Positions 1 through 10,724 of a DNA stretch of 64,000 nt are shown in pieces; within the stretch, counting starts at the first letter, position 1; every line of letters begins with the position of its first letter. Under the pieces are notes generated by a model. That model searched no databases. It had not been told where the DNA came from and saw nothing but the letters and a program-made list of their open reading frames with translations. The stretch covers positions 518,008 through 582,007 of the IMG/VR virus record IMGVR_UViG_3300050122_000263; one strand, 5' to 3'. The translations under genes and the position numbers were made by a program.

Positions 1-221
1 ATTCAAGATAGCATAAACTGTCTTGGGGTTCTGTGCTATAATGCATGAATATTCTACAGTGAAGAGACTAGCTATTAAGTCCAACAATCTCTGAAATATG
101 TTCTTGGCTTGATCACCGCCAACGGTGAGAGCTGCCGAAGCACCTATCGCCACTGCCACTGCGCCACTCATTTCCCAGGTTGCGAAAATGATCCAGGAAA
201 ATCATTTTTCCATAGCGATAA

Positions 222-620
222 ATGAAGAGCGATACATCATTAGCTCGTGCTCAGAGAATGGTACCAATCGGTCCTGGCATCCCATCTATTCCATTTGGGC
301 CAACTACAGACAATCCATACCACTGGTTAGGCCAAGGCAATGCATCAGTCCAACCAGTGCAAAGCATGTCAGTGGAAGCACGAAAACCGACCAAACCAGG
401 TCAGGTACCTCCCGGACAGAAGATGTGTCCGGCATGTTCCGGCAAAGGCAGCTATCAGGAGATGGGTGAGGAAAAGTGCGGCCCCTGTATGGGAACTGGG
501 CGAGATCTGAAAGAGGATCTATGGGCAGCGCCTTGCCGTACTTGCAATGGTCGTGGAAAGATCACCTACTGTCGCAGGGTTACCTGTGGACGTTGTCATG
601 GTAATGGCTGGATCTTTTAG
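222..620 (+). CDS. DnaJ-type cysteine-rich zinc-finger protein (no J domain)
   Basis: Four CxxCxGxG repeats (CPACSGKG, CGPCMGTG, CRTCNGRG, CGRCHGNG). Confidence 0.8.
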   Translation: MKSDTSLARAQRMVPIGPGIPSIPFGPTTDNPYHWLGQGNASVQPVQSMSVEARKPTKPGQVPPGQKMCPACSGKGSYQEMGEEKCGPCMGTGRDLKEDLWAAPCRTCNGRGKITYCRRVTCGRCHGNGWIF

Positions 621-740
621 CGCTCTCCTCTAACACCCTCCTCTACACCTTCCTCTCATCACTGTTTGTACAAACATCCCAGCACCCACACTTTGTAATA
701 TAAAAATTCTCATTTTAAACTCATAGATTTCATAGCAGAA

Positions 741-760
741 ATAGCTAATATATTAGCTAT
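741..760 (+). terminator. Perfect 20-bp palindrome downstream of 222..620
   Basis: atagctaata/tattagctat. Confidence 0.5.
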
Positions 761-875
761 CTTTACCCGGCCCATCTTATCAGCTTATTTTCATGGAAGT
801 AATTTCACCACTTCTGACCTCAGCATCTGAAAATGAGAGTTAATTTTTGCTCCATAACTTTGCCAAACCGTTCTG

Positions 876-2222
876 ATGGAGGTGCGCGCTTTCACATGTC
901 AGGACCCTGGTAAGGCCAAGGTTATTGGCTTGGATATTTCTTCCACTCGTGATGTGAAATTCTTCCAGAAGAAGGAGATCATCTTTTGTGTTGATCTGTC
1001 TGGTTCCATGCGCTCGGCTTTGCCCGATGTTAAGGCCAGTCTCATGGCTTTCAGAGATGTTCTGCTCGGCATTACCCCTGCCGACTTAGATGGACAGCTG
1101 ACTGGAACAATGTTGGAGAAGCGCCTGCGTGACAACATCACTATTAAGATCGTGGGTTATAGCAGTGACTCTTGGCTCATCTATTCCACGCAAGCTGAAG
1201 ATTATCAGCGTTTTTCTCCCTTCAACAGTGAAACCCCTTCTGAGCCAGAACTGTCGATGTATGGAGTGGAATACAGGCAGTGCTATGCTTCTACTCCTGC
1301 CCAGAGCTTTGAGCAGGCTGTGTCCAATATGCGTATCTACACCGAGACCAATATCGGCGCTGGAGTAGAGCTATGTTACAAACTGGTTGATACCAGGAAG
1401 ATGTCTTGGATCGTACTGCTCAGTGATGGAGATGCCAGTATCGGTACTTACCAAGCGCCAAATAGTTTCATCGTGTTGAAACAGAAAGCACCACCCTTAA
1501 CTCGCATCATCACGCTGGGCTACGGAGATAACTTCTCCGTCGAGACTCTAACAAATCTGGGAGATTTTACCTATGTCTCAGACAGTAGCGCTATTCCCAA
1601 CGTCTTTGGCAGTCTCATCAGTGAAGTGGGAGGCACCCATATCTTCAACCTCTCCATCACCGCTCCAATTAAAGCAGCTGTTATGAGGCCTATCATTGGA
1701 AATACAGATATTGGCTGTATCTATGCCGGACGAGAGTACACAATAGCTTATTCTTGCAATGAGCTGGCATATTCCACTCTCAAGCCTTTCACTGTCTCTT
1801 ATTATGACGCTGTTTTGGAGAAAGATGTCACGTTTGAAGTAGTGCCTGAGAGGCGTTGTCTACCCTCTCCTGAGTCATTGCGTGTCAAGTATTATGCGGC
1901 AGCCACTGGCCGCCGTATGCTCTTAATTTACCGGGCTATCAGAGAAGGTGATAATATACAGACCTTCTGCCTGAAAATGAAGAAAGAGTTGCAAGCCTGG
2001 ACTGAGCCCTGTGCTCAGCAGTTTAAGGATCGCTTATTCAGCTTCCTTGACTCCGTAGAAGGGGTAACTGGAGAGCGTGACATAATCGGTTTCTCCCATC
2101 AAGCAGCTCAGCTCTCAGCCGAGACAATGACTCAGACTTCTATGCTGACAGCTTCACCTCGCAGCCAGGCCAGTGTAGACAGCATGCGCAAGATAGCAGG
2201 TTATTACTCTGCTCGTAAGTGA
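876..2222 (+). CDS. von Willebrand factor A domain protein
   Basis: MIDAS motif DLSGSM, TNIGAG, LLSDG, ITLGYG. Confidence 0.8.
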   Translation: MEVRAFTCQDPGKAKVIGLDISSTRDVKFFQKKEIIFCVDLSGSMRSALPDVKASLMAFRDVLLGITPADLDGQLTGTMLEKRLRDNITIKIVGYSSDSWLIYSTQAEDYQRFSPFNSETPSEPELSMYGVEYRQCYASTPAQSFEQAVSNMRIYTETNIGAGVELCYKLVDTRKMSWIVLLSDGDASIGTYQAPNSFIVLKQKAPPLTRIITLGYGDNFSVETLTNLGDFTYVSDSSAIPNVFGSLISEVGGTHIFNLSITAPIKAAVMRPIIGNTDIGCIYAGREYTIAYSCNELAYSTLKPFTVSYYDAVLEKDVTFEVVPERRCLPSPESLRVKYYAAATGRRMLLIYRAIREGDNIQTFCLKMKKELQAWTEPCAQQFKDRLFSFLDSVEGVTGERDIIGFSHQAAQLSAETMTQTSMLTASPRSQASVDSMRKIAGYYSARK

Positions 2223-2263
2223 AGAGTTAAAAACCTTAAACTGGTCTTTTCTAATATAAAGAG

Positions 2264-2623
2264 ATGTCCAAGTTACCGCGCGATTCCACCTGGCAGCTCA
2301 ACTTTTATCAGGGCCCTATTGTTTCTGTAGATGCTACCAGTAAAGTGACTTTCACCACTCCTCATGAGATTGATCTTACTAAAGGGCCATATGTTGAGCA
2401 GGATTATGGCAATAATGGTCTTCACATTATGTTCGGTCCAGCTCAGCGCGACTGTTTCACTTGCTTGGAAGGTATCTGGAAGCACGTTAAGGCCAAATAT
2501 CCAGCTATCAGTGGATTACGCATAGATCGAGATCTGATTGATGGTAAATTCTATCTTGCTACCGAGGATGGTGGTTGTGGCGTATGGCGTGGTAAGTTCT
2601 TGCTAGAACAGATTTCTATCTGA
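2264..2623 (+). CDS. Hypothetical protein
   Basis: 119-aa ORF with AAAGAGATG start, followed by a hairpin. Confidence 0.6.
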   Translation: MSKLPRDSTWQLNFYQGPIVSVDATSKVTFTTPHEIDLTKGPYVEQDYGNNGLHIMFGPAQRDCFTCLEGIWKHVKAKYPAISGLRIDRDLIDGKFYLATEDGGCGVWRGKFLLEQISI

Positions 2624-2630
2624 AGTTATG

Positions 2631-2657
2631 AAAAATATCTCATCATGAGATATTTTT
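2631..2657. terminator. 3'-end hairpin
   Basis: aaaaatatctcat-c-atgagatattttt. Confidence 0.7.
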
Positions 2658-2696
2658 AATGTGTGCCCTTACTAAGACCAAGATCATTATGAATGG

Positions 2697-2846
2697 TTAA
2701 CCACCTCCTCCGTCCCATTTCGAGCCCATTTCGGGGAAAGTTGCATCTTTATTGCCACATACATAGCGGTCATAGAGATATATCGATGTGGGAAAGCTCA
2801 TAAAAAGCGCAAGAGAGATCACTGCGACAAGCAGCGGCGGGACCAT
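2697..2846 (-). CDS. Possible 49-aa single-pass membrane protein (not in ORF track)
   Basis: MVPPLLVAVISLALFMSFPTSIYLYDRYVCGNK...GGGG*; ends 40 nt before the 2631 hairpin. Confidence 0.35.
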   Translation of the reverse strand: MVPPLLVAVISLALFMSFPTSIYLYDRYVCGNKDATFPEMGSKWDGGGG

Positions 2847-2917
2847 GTTTTGCTTTGTCTTTCGCGTACGAGTAATATTTCTATATCACTTTTAATATCA
2901 TATTATTTCCCTAATTG

Positions 2918-4348
2918 TTATGGGGCTATATAGACCAAGCTGTCGAAGCTGGTAGTTCTATCTCTCACATCCACCAGCTCTGTGACTATTTGGTGGGAAC
3001 CTGGCATGTGAGTGAAAACAATAATGTCATATCCCAATTCTTTGCCTAACAGACATAGATCCCTGTCAAAACTATCTTCACTCGCGTAGAAACCCAATAA
3101 CTGCCCCATATAACGCTTGCGTTGTGGCAGACGAGCTATCTCCTCCTCTGTGAAAGATCTATTATAAAGCTGGAGTGGCCCACTGATCTTGTGTAACTTG
3201 TTATGACGATCCATCTCCTTAGTGTAAGCTGCCACTTCTAGAGGTGTCATCATCAGATCATCTGGCAGCCGTGGTAGCTGGCTCAGCTTCTTGCCGGCTG
3301 CGAAATCTCGGTAACCAAGACTGTAGGCTAGAAAGCTTTCATCAAATCCGTGAATAATGTGTTCCTCCTCGGATGGTGCTGTAACTCCTTCAATATAGGT
3401 TTTGTGACGCCCCAACATAGCTTCCATCTGCAACATAGCGACCAGTTTAGTGCGAGCAATTAGAGCGCGCCGGAAAGCTAGGTAGGTGCTAGACTCTGAC
3501 TCCAAGTTCCCGGTTAGGGAACTAGGGGCTTCCCCAGACATATACGTCGGGGGAAGCTCCACATAATAAAAGGTGCCACAGAAACTTCCGCCAGATTGAG
3601 ATGGACCATGATAGAGACCCCGACTCATACCTGCAGCATAACGGGTGACGGGAACCAGTTGCCATTCCATCCCATTCAACTCAGCCTTGAAATAAATGTC
3701 TGTGGGAATGATCTGTGTAGAATTAATAACCGAAGCCCCTGGAGTGCGGAAAATAGACATATCGGTGACAGGGCGCTTGCTCCGCTTATATACACGGTCT
3801 GGCGCAAATAATAGCAAAGGCAGTGAATTAGCTGTCTCGCCAGCTTCTCGGATAAGTTCGGCTACAGTACAATAGCGCCATCTGGGCCACTGTCGCAAAG
3901 TGAGGCTCTCATCGCTATCTGGGTCACTTAGGTCAGGTAATGTGGGAGCAAATGTGTACCAGAACTTTATCTCCTCTCTTGTCAATCCATTGAGGCGATC
4001 CTCTAGATAGAGCGTATTGAGTTCGGCTATAGTGGTTACGCCTTCTCCATAGCTCGGTAAGTAATCGTTACTCTCCTCCTCGGTGGGAAGTTCTGGTAAG
4101 AAACCGGCTCTCACAAAGGCCACAGCATCGGGAATTGAGCGCACGTTAAACAATAGGCATTGTTTAGCATCGCTAAGTTGTTGAGCTAGCAGAGCTCGGA
4201 TCTGCTCTGCAAAGGCTGGAATGTCTGTGATGTCTCCATAATAATGACGCCCCTCTGCATCAATGGTGCCGATGGGAATCAACGGTTTAGATGTCAGCTC
4301 CTCTTCTTCCTCCTCAAAAGAGACAGATTCATTGAAAGACTCTTGCAT
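2918..4348 (-). CDS. PVTRYA/GTFYY family protein, paralog 1 (possible ADP-ribosyltransferase-like fold)
   Basis: Shares AGFLP, PVTRYA.GMSRGL, GTFYY, DLMMTP, GYDI.IF...GSHQ.V.E..D.R with 14019 and 25864. Confidence 0.7.
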   Translation of the reverse strand: MQESFNESVSFEEEEEELTSKPLIPIGTIDAEGRHYYGDITDIPAFAEQIRALLAQQLSDAKQCLLFNVRSIPDAVAFVRAGFLPELPTEEESNDYLPSYGEGVTTIAELNTLYLEDRLNGLTREEIKFWYTFAPTLPDLSDPDSDESLTLRQWPRWRYCTVAELIREAGETANSLPLLLFAPDRVYKRSKRPVTDMSIFRTPGASVINSTQIIPTDIYFKAELNGMEWQLVPVTRYAAGMSRGLYHGPSQSGGSFCGTFYYVELPPTYMSGEAPSSLTGNLESESSTYLAFRRALIARTKLVAMLQMEAMLGRHKTYIEGVTAPSEEEHIIHGFDESFLAYSLGYRDFAAGKKLSQLPRLPDDLMMTPLEVAAYTKEMDRHNKLHKISGPLQLYNRSFTEEEIARLPQRKRYMGQLLGFYASEDSFDRDLCLLGKELGYDIIVFTHMPGSHQIVTELVDVRDRTTSFDSLVYIAP

Positions 4349-4415
4349 CTCGCTCCTTTCCTTGAGTTCGATAATAAATTGTCGCAGAGTTATAAATTGT
4401 TCTTTTCATATCTAA

Positions 4416-5624
4416 ATGGAGGCTTCGATCGGAGGCATCAAATACAACTTTGCGATTCCAGGTACAGGGATTGAGATAAAACTCTTTGAAGTATCACGAT
4501 ACTTCTCAGATTATGGCAATACTAATTTCAATCTATCACTACTCAATTTAGGCAATGGCTATTATTTGGCAGCTTGTAACAGCTTCCGTCGTTATGCTGA
4601 GGGTGCTCTTCCCCGCAGTCTGATTGCTGATACTCTGAATAATCCCAACCATCCTTGGTTAGGCGGTAAAGGTTCAACTACTTGGTGGAAAATAACAGCA
4701 AAAGGTACCGATGGTTCAATTATCATGGTTTTGGACGGTAACTTTCGAGTGCTGGGTATCCCCGTGCTTATCAGTACTGTCAATGATACCAGATTGTTCC
4801 GCAATGCAGCAGGGGAGATAATCGCTACCACTTCCGCAGGAGTTCTTCGCCAGCAGATCGGTGAGGACAGGGAGAAATATGGGCTTCCCAAGGATGAAGC
4901 CCGTCTTAAGTGCGGTAATGTCTGCGGCCTAATAAATGAGTATGTTATCGGCTCACCAGTAAAAGTAGGAAGAGAATGGGAGATGACGGTACAAGACAGG
5001 GGACCACTTTGTGCTAATCTCTCCGTACATGGGGAGAAGAACTGGTCGCTCTGGAGTTATAACGGCCGAGACTTTATTTCCTACTGGTTGGCACCCAAAC
5101 ATACAGTCTTCATAATGGAAGGCAACATCTCACGCTGTGCTGCTAAGATGGAACAGGAGATTAATATCTTCCAGCAAGTGGAGCAGTTCTATGCGCGGAA
5201 AGTTATCTTTTCTCTATCCACTCCAGCCTTGCCTTTAGGAGATGGCACCATGCTGGCAGTTGGTCACCTGAAAATTCACCTCGATGGACTGAGGACCGAT
5301 ACGCCTGCTCATCGCTTTGTTACAGCGGTTGCCGATTTACCTCATCACCCCTTTGAGGTCATCTATCTTATGTATCTGTATACCTTCAATCCAGAGACTT
5401 TCAGCTTGCTACAGATCAGTAATGCTTTCTTGCCACCAGCTGCTAAATACGCTCTGGTCTTTCCGGAGGGATTAACACACTCAGATGATGGTCGTTTCTT
5501 GATCTCCTATGGAGAAGGTGATGTATTAATGAAAATCATGGCTATTAACTTAGAGACAGTCAGATCACTGCTTTATTCTGTGGAGAATGTTAATCCGGCT
5601 GATTTCAACTTCTACAAGTTATAA
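4416..5624 (+). CDS. Putative beta-propeller glycoside hydrolase-like protein
   Basis: DTRLF, EKNW and FPEGL...ISYGEGD motifs resemble GH43/GH130-like propeller proteins of giant viruses. Confidence 0.5.
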   Translation: MEASIGGIKYNFAIPGTGIEIKLFEVSRYFSDYGNTNFNLSLLNLGNGYYLAACNSFRRYAEGALPRSLIADTLNNPNHPWLGGKGSTTWWKITAKGTDGSIIMVLDGNFRVLGIPVLISTVNDTRLFRNAAGEIIATTSAGVLRQQIGEDREKYGLPKDEARLKCGNVCGLINEYVIGSPVKVGREWEMTVQDRGPLCANLSVHGEKNWSLWSYNGRDFISYWLAPKHTVFIMEGNISRCAAKMEQEINIFQQVEQFYARKVIFSLSTPALPLGDGTMLAVGHLKIHLDGLRTDTPAHRFVTAVADLPHHPFEVIYLMYLYTFNPETFSLLQISNAFLPPAAKYALVFPEGLTHSDDGRFLISYGEGDVLMKIMAINLETVRSLLYSVENVNPADFNFYKL

Positions 5625-5648
5625 GCCTCAACCTTCAGACTAGATGTC

Positions 5649-5672
5649 AAAAATCTCTCAACAGAGATTTTT
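5649..5672. terminator. Hairpin between convergent genes
   Basis: aaaaatctct-caac-agagattttt. Confidence 0.7.
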
Positions 5673-5959
5673 TATACTCGGGGCAAGAAACAGCCCGCCG
5701 AGGCAAGCAGAATCGCACTGTTTGTCCATATAAAATATATGGTATCATCACCGGGAAACTTGTAAAAGACGATGTATTTGTCCCATCCTTGCTCTTTAGC
5801 GTATTTAGCGGCACTTTCAGCAGTGCTGGTGCCGTAACAACTTCCCGCACCAGAAATATTCCACATATAAATTCCCTGTGGTATCTCTTCTAGATCTTTT
5901 GAGTCCGGAGCTGACATATCCTCTCTGTTAGGTATCCTCCCCACCGTTCTTCCTGCCAT
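5672..5959 (-). CDS. Hypothetical protein
   Basis: 95-aa ORF with AAAAATG start; stop lies at the hairpin. Confidence 0.55.
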   Translation of the reverse strand: MAGRTVGRIPNREDMSAPDSKDLEEIPQGIYMWNISGAGSCYGTSTAESAAKYAKEQGWDKYIVFYKFPGDDTIYFIWTNSAILLASAGCFLPRV

Positions 5960-6225
5960 TTTTCTGGCTATGAGATGAGATTATTTACAATCATTCCAGA
6001 AATTTCTGGAATGACTTGCTCGACAGGGTAGGGTTATCTGTTACCTCTCGTTTTAATGGAGTATATAACATATTCTGCTGTTTTAGCTTACCGTCTTTTA
6101 ACCCTTATCTTGAAAATATTTGCTCCGAAACATTACGCTGAGGGGAAGCATCATTCTGGCCGGAGAAATTAAGTGTCTGCAACTGTAAATGACAGGTGCA
6201 AATTCCTTTTTAGCAGAGCAAAGCG

Positions 6226-7212
6226 ATGGCGGAGGCCGACGCGAAAGGTAAAGAGGAAACCCCATCGCTAAAACGCCCTCTTGTTAAGTGGAAACTTGGT
6301 GGCACTTTTATCCCTAAAGTGGCTGTCAAAGTTGAACCAGAAGAACCGGAGGATCCTCCTGTAGTGGTGCTTCCTACTGTCCCTGATGACACCCCGCCAG
6401 AAATACCGGCGAAACCAAATCTACCTCTCAAACGCTCGGTTAGGGAGGTCGAGCGTGTGGCTGCTCTGCGGGACAAATTCACACTGCGAGATGTTCTGGC
6501 CCAGCATCAAGTCGCTCTTATGGGCAACTGTCCTTATCGAACTGTCATTAACATGGAGCGAAAGTTGTTAGTTAGATTGTGGTATAATACCTGGCCAGAG
6601 GATCTTCAGAGTTTTTGTCATTCTTTCCTACTGCGGGAGGAGAAGTTTATACGCCTACTACCAGCAGGAAAGGGAGACTATGGAAAAGGCAGACGGGCCA
6701 TTGTTGGTTGGCTTGTAAATACAGGAAGAACGGATGTCTTGAGTGGCAATAATTATGCAATTCCGATAAATCGAATAAAGAAGAACCCTACTATAAAGGT
6801 GGTGATTGTGGTGGATGGTGACAACCTATGGCAAGTTGTGCCTGTCATAGGTAAATTTAATACAAAACACATACATGCTATCGTGTATGCCAACACGGAG
6901 GTTCTGACCAGCAATCCTGTGCTGTATGCGAGAGGTAGGCCCTGGCTAAACATTATCCACAATTTCAACACTCAGAATGATGCCACTGATTTGCATGTGA
7001 CAATGGCCGTGACGGCCTGTAACATGTTGTTAGATGACCATCTTGTTCTGCTTGTTGTTAGTGGAGATCATTTCGCCCGAAGCACTGTAGAATATCAACG
7101 CGAAATCCGTGAATTTTTGTATCCCAAACAGCGGTCAGTGCACTGGGTACAAAGTGTAAAGCAGATGGAGGCTATTTTGCAAGATTTGGCTCCACTGCCC
7201 AGTAGAAAATAA
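6226..7212 (+). CDS. NYN/PIN-like nuclease domain protein
   Basis: VVDGDN...DATD...VSGDHF acidic motifs; paralog of 24830..25774. Confidence 0.6.
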   Translation: MAEADAKGKEETPSLKRPLVKWKLGGTFIPKVAVKVEPEEPEDPPVVVLPTVPDDTPPEIPAKPNLPLKRSVREVERVAALRDKFTLRDVLAQHQVALMGNCPYRTVINMERKLLVRLWYNTWPEDLQSFCHSFLLREEKFIRLLPAGKGDYGKGRRAIVGWLVNTGRTDVLSGNNYAIPINRIKKNPTIKVVIVVDGDNLWQVVPVIGKFNTKHIHAIVYANTEVLTSNPVLYARGRPWLNIIHNFNTQNDATDLHVTMAVTACNMLLDDHLVLLVVSGDHFARSTVEYQREIREFLYPKQRSVHWVQSVKQMEAILQDLAPLPSRK

Positions 7213-7241
7213 AAAATTCTATAGGAGTAATATTTTCGTTA

Positions 7242-7265
7242 AAAACATCACAGGAGTGATGTTTT
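7242..7265 (+). terminator. 3'-end hairpin
   Basis: aaaacatcac-agga-gtgatgtttt. Confidence 0.7.
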
Positions 7266-7319
7266 GTTTCCCTGAGTTGCGGCGTTGGGTGGAGTCGATA
7301 ACGCGGCAGCTCCGCTCCA

Positions 7320-7700
7320 GAGCTCTCACAGTGATATTCAGAGTATTATCATTATTATAACTTGATGTTTGAATTCTTACAATTACAACAGTCTGTATAG
7401 ATATTAGGTTAGCAGTGCTAGAACATGTATAACTTGATATATCCTAAGATATCACACTGGTAACAGCTAGGTTATGGAGCTACTGTTGTAGACCGCAGAT
7501 TCAATAAGACACATTAAACTCAGTTATCTTCTAGAGCATAATGGGAATATATAAGTAATGATATCTCTAATTCCTCATATCAACATTGATAAGCTAATAC
7601 ATATACAACAGTCTGTATATGTAAGAATTCATTGACTTGGCCTTAATAATAGAGCTACCTTGAATATTATCGCAGGGCATCACTGAGCGAGCTCAGTGAT
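7320..7700. repeat. Degenerate long inverted repeat in a non-coding gap
   Basis: tgaattcttaca (7370) vs tgtaagaattca (7620); tacaacagtctgtata occurs twice; internal hairpins. Confidence 0.45.
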
Positions 7701-7939
7701 TGATGCTGGAGTTGTTGGGTTCTAGACCATCTCTCCAGCTGTTCAGCGTTATATCTGCCACAATCTTCTGAGCAGATGGTTAAAGCTTAGGAAATGCTAA
7801 TTCGCAGTATATGAGACTTATTGAAGAAACCTGTTATGTACAGATTTTTTTGAACGATTCAGAGCTAAGAGCCCTGGTTATTAGGGTGTGTTTGAGAGTT
7901 ATAGTTGGTCACTGTGACATGTCAGCTGAGCCAGACCGA

Positions 7940-9337
7940 CTATGCCTCTCTAGCTGTAACTGGTAAGATCTTACCACTGAAGGCATCGATGACAATCTGA
8001 GGCTGTTTGGCACGAGGCTTGGCACCTGGGCGATTGAGCTGACGGTACATCTCACTGCCGAAGTAAAGTAGTTCAACCTCCTGCTGGCTGAATTGGTAGG
8101 GGTCAGTACCAGCCAGCACTTGATCAAGCAGATTGTCGATCTTGTCAGATGTAAAGCCGCGTTCAAAGAGGAATTTGGCAATCTTGTCCGTCATCTGCAA
8201 GATGAGAAGCAGCTCAGGCTTAGGCATAGCATTGCCGATCTCACGGGTACCGTCTGATTCAAGCACTCCACTATCCTTATGTTTAGAATCAGATGTATTG
8301 GAGACACCCAAACCCTCGATGAGATAATTCCTCTGAGAGCGGACACACTGAGCATTTGGCCCGAAGCGTTCAGATATAAACTGAGGGTTCATTTGAACCA
8401 GCTCCCGAACAGAGATATTGCGATAGTCCAAGATCTGGAGAGACTGAGCATCCAACACATTGTTTATGCGTGTATCATTCGGCACGAGGATGGTCCAGCC
8501 TCGCTCCTGTAACTTGGTTACCTGATATCCAAGTCGTTTTGGATCAGCATCAGCTCTGATGAAGGTGATCTTATTGCGAATAGCTCGTAACTGTGCTTCA
8601 ATTGAATCCCATTTATGCTTCGCGGGACCTGGTGCTTCATTCAGGGAAAACCAACCTGGCCCACATTCGAGATCAGGGTAGGCCTCAGAGGGGCCATCGT
8701 AGACGAGACGATCGATAGCCAGGCCACTGGTCGGGGGTTCAGAGGCCACATAAACATTGACGACGAATAGAGCAGTGCGGCCAGCTGGACAGGCATAGAG
8801 GAATTGAGCTATGCGAGATGCAAACGGTAATTTCTTGAGCCCAGCCACCATCTGCCCTACCAAGTGGGATAGGGAAACGGCATTGCCACAATAAGTTTTG
8901 ATGAACTGTGTAGCTTCAGTGTCATTAGTGAACCAGACGTCCACATCCGAGAACTCAAGTTCTGAAAGAGGGCGATTGTGAATGAGAGCGGGCACGATGA
9001 AATCCCTCACAACACCCCCAAAGGCATAGCCGTGGTGATCGGCGGCTCCCTTAAGCAGTCGCAGCACATAACCCAGGATCTGATAGTCGAATTTGTGATC
9101 GGTGGATAGCACACCCTTGAATGATCGTTCTTTGGGCGCTAGGGCCTTAACCTGTTTGGCGATTTTGACGGAGAGTCCTTGCAATTGACGTGAGTAATCT
9201 AACTCAGAGCATTGCTTCAATAATGAAGATAATCTGCCAGAGGAAGCTTGCGCCTTTTGGGCAAGTTCCTCCAACTGTGCGATCGATGACGCGAGGTTAT
9301 CGGTCGTGCTGATTGTCTTCTCTGAAGTGGACTCCAT
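7940..9337 (-). CDS. Pol-beta superfamily nucleotidyltransferase (CCA/poly(A) polymerase head-like)
   Basis: FGGVVRD...SDVDVWF signature; ATG at 9337 preferred over TTG at 9373. Confidence 0.65.
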   Translation of the reverse strand: MESTSEKTISTTDNLASSIAQLEELAQKAQASSGRLSSLLKQCSELDYSRQLQGLSVKIAKQVKALAPKERSFKGVLSTDHKFDYQILGYVLRLLKGAADHHGYAFGGVVRDFIVPALIHNRPLSELEFSDVDVWFTNDTEATQFIKTYCGNAVSLSHLVGQMVAGLKKLPFASRIAQFLYACPAGRTALFVVNVYVASEPPTSGLAIDRLVYDGPSEAYPDLECGPGWFSLNEAPGPAKHKWDSIEAQLRAIRNKITFIRADADPKRLGYQVTKLQERGWTILVPNDTRINNVLDAQSLQILDYRNISVRELVQMNPQFISERFGPNAQCVRSQRNYLIEGLGVSNTSDSKHKDSGVLESDGTREIGNAMPKPELLLILQMTDKIAKFLFERGFTSDKIDNLLDQVLAGTDPYQFSQQEVELLYFGSEMYRQLNRPGAKPRAKQPQIVIDAFSGKILPVTAREA

Positions 9338-9507
9338 GTTCTTGCTTTGGATCTCCCCAATAATTACATCCAAGAAATCAATTTCAGCGCTAGAGGGCTG
9401 AGAACAACTTCTTCATTATCTCAGCCTTTGTTAAGGCTAATCATCCAGAAACTTAACTTAAAACATCTATAATCTCATGATAGATATTCTTATCTCACAG
9501 TGTGTAA

Positions 9508-10089
9508 CTAGGAACCACAACACACATTCTCCAGCAGATTGAAGCGGCACCCAAACTCCTGGAAGAATGCGGCTAAGTAGCCCGGCTCTTTACGGTAGAA
9601 GTGGAATTTTGTTCTGGTTTCATCCTCCAACTCAAGTTCATCCATATGGGTTAAGTATCCAGTGACTGTGGTCCAAAATGCTGGAAAATTCTTGCAGCTC
9701 TGTTGAGGCTGGCGGCCAAAGTCAATAGCAAAGAAACCAGCACCGAAGCTAATAGCGATATCAGTCCAAGGCTGCTCCTCCACAATCATAGTGACATCAG
9801 CTGTCCAACCTTTCATAATCAACCACTCGATTTGCGTCAGAGACAACTTCCTCAGGGCTACAGGCGTTAGGAAGAGAGCGCCAGATTCTGTGATCTCAAG
9901 ACCTCCCTCAAATAGAGGCATCACTTTGCAAACATTAATCTCCGTGACGGTAGATGCAATTTCACCATCTGTTTCTGGAAAGACTTTGTGTGTAACACTG
10001 ATGTCATTAGTTCGATGACGCCACTTGACATCAGCCCTTAACTCTTTGCGTCTTAATTCATAATCTTCGCTCTCCTCAGTATCCTCCAT
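9508..10089 (-). CDS. Hypothetical protein
   Basis: 193-aa ORF, AAAGATG start. Confidence 0.6.
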   Translation of the reverse strand: MEDTEESEDYELRRKELRADVKWRHRTNDISVTHKVFPETDGEIASTVTEINVCKVMPLFEGGLEITESGALFLTPVALRKLSLTQIEWLIMKGWTADVTMIVEEQPWTDIAISFGAGFFAIDFGRQPQQSCKNFPAFWTTVTGYLTHMDELELEDETRTKFHFYRKEPGYLAAFFQEFGCRFNLLENVCCGS

Positions 10090-10147
10090 CTTTGTTATAG
10101 CGATGAGAATTTTAAATTAGTCTGCTCCGTTTGAGCTCTCTTTACAG

Positions 10148-10693
10148 TTAGTAGAAGATCAAACTCAGGTCGTAGTGATCATCTCCATGGTAGGTGATCT
10201 GCTCAAAATTGAGGTCTGCTTCCATCAGGTCAGCCCAGAGCACTTCTCGCTTCTCTTCCAAGTTCCTCCTTAATCTATCTACAACATCTTCATCGGGCCA
10301 ATCACAGTTAGCTAGAACTTTCAGATCATCCGCTGTTAGGGCTGAGCAGTAGAATTTGTTGATTGTAGTGAATATATCGAGAGGAGTCACTCCAGAGGGG
10401 TTCTCTATGGTGATGGCTCTAGTCTCTGACATATTGGAGGAGACAGGACAGTTCACTACAAACTTAGTACGGATGGAATTGTTGAAAAGCATAGCTCGTT
10501 GTAGCGGCTCTAGATCAGCCGGTACAAGTTGGCCATCGAAAGGAGTCATAACCACACTATCCCTGTTGCCAAACCTAAAGCGCAGAGGATGGAAATCCTG
10601 AAGAGTGTATGCTCTAGTTGGCCCGGCTTCGACTGGTTGATCTGGTCGGATGATTGCTTGACACTGTTCCACAACGACCAAAAACTTCTGCAT
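10148..10693 (-). CDS. Hypothetical protein, tandem paralog A (GVTP.DI/WADLM family)
   Basis: IENPSGVTPLDIF..IN.FY...LT and WADLM shared with 10725..11351. Confidence 0.65.
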   Translation of the reverse strand: MQKFLVVVEQCQAIIRPDQPVEAGPTRAYTLQDFHPLRFRFGNRDSVVMTPFDGQLVPADLEPLQRAMLFNNSIRTKFVVNCPVSSNMSETRAITIENPSGVTPLDIFTTINKFYCSALTADDLKVLANCDWPDEDVVDRLRRNLEEKREVLWADLMEADLNFEQITYHGDDHYDLSLIFY

Positions 10694-10724
10694 TTTATGG
10701 TTGAAGTGCCTTATTGGGAAGTTT

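Noticed and set aside
125-469. 114-aa ORF overlapping the zinc-finger gene
   Set aside because: GTG start, no motifs, and overlaps the better-supported 222..620
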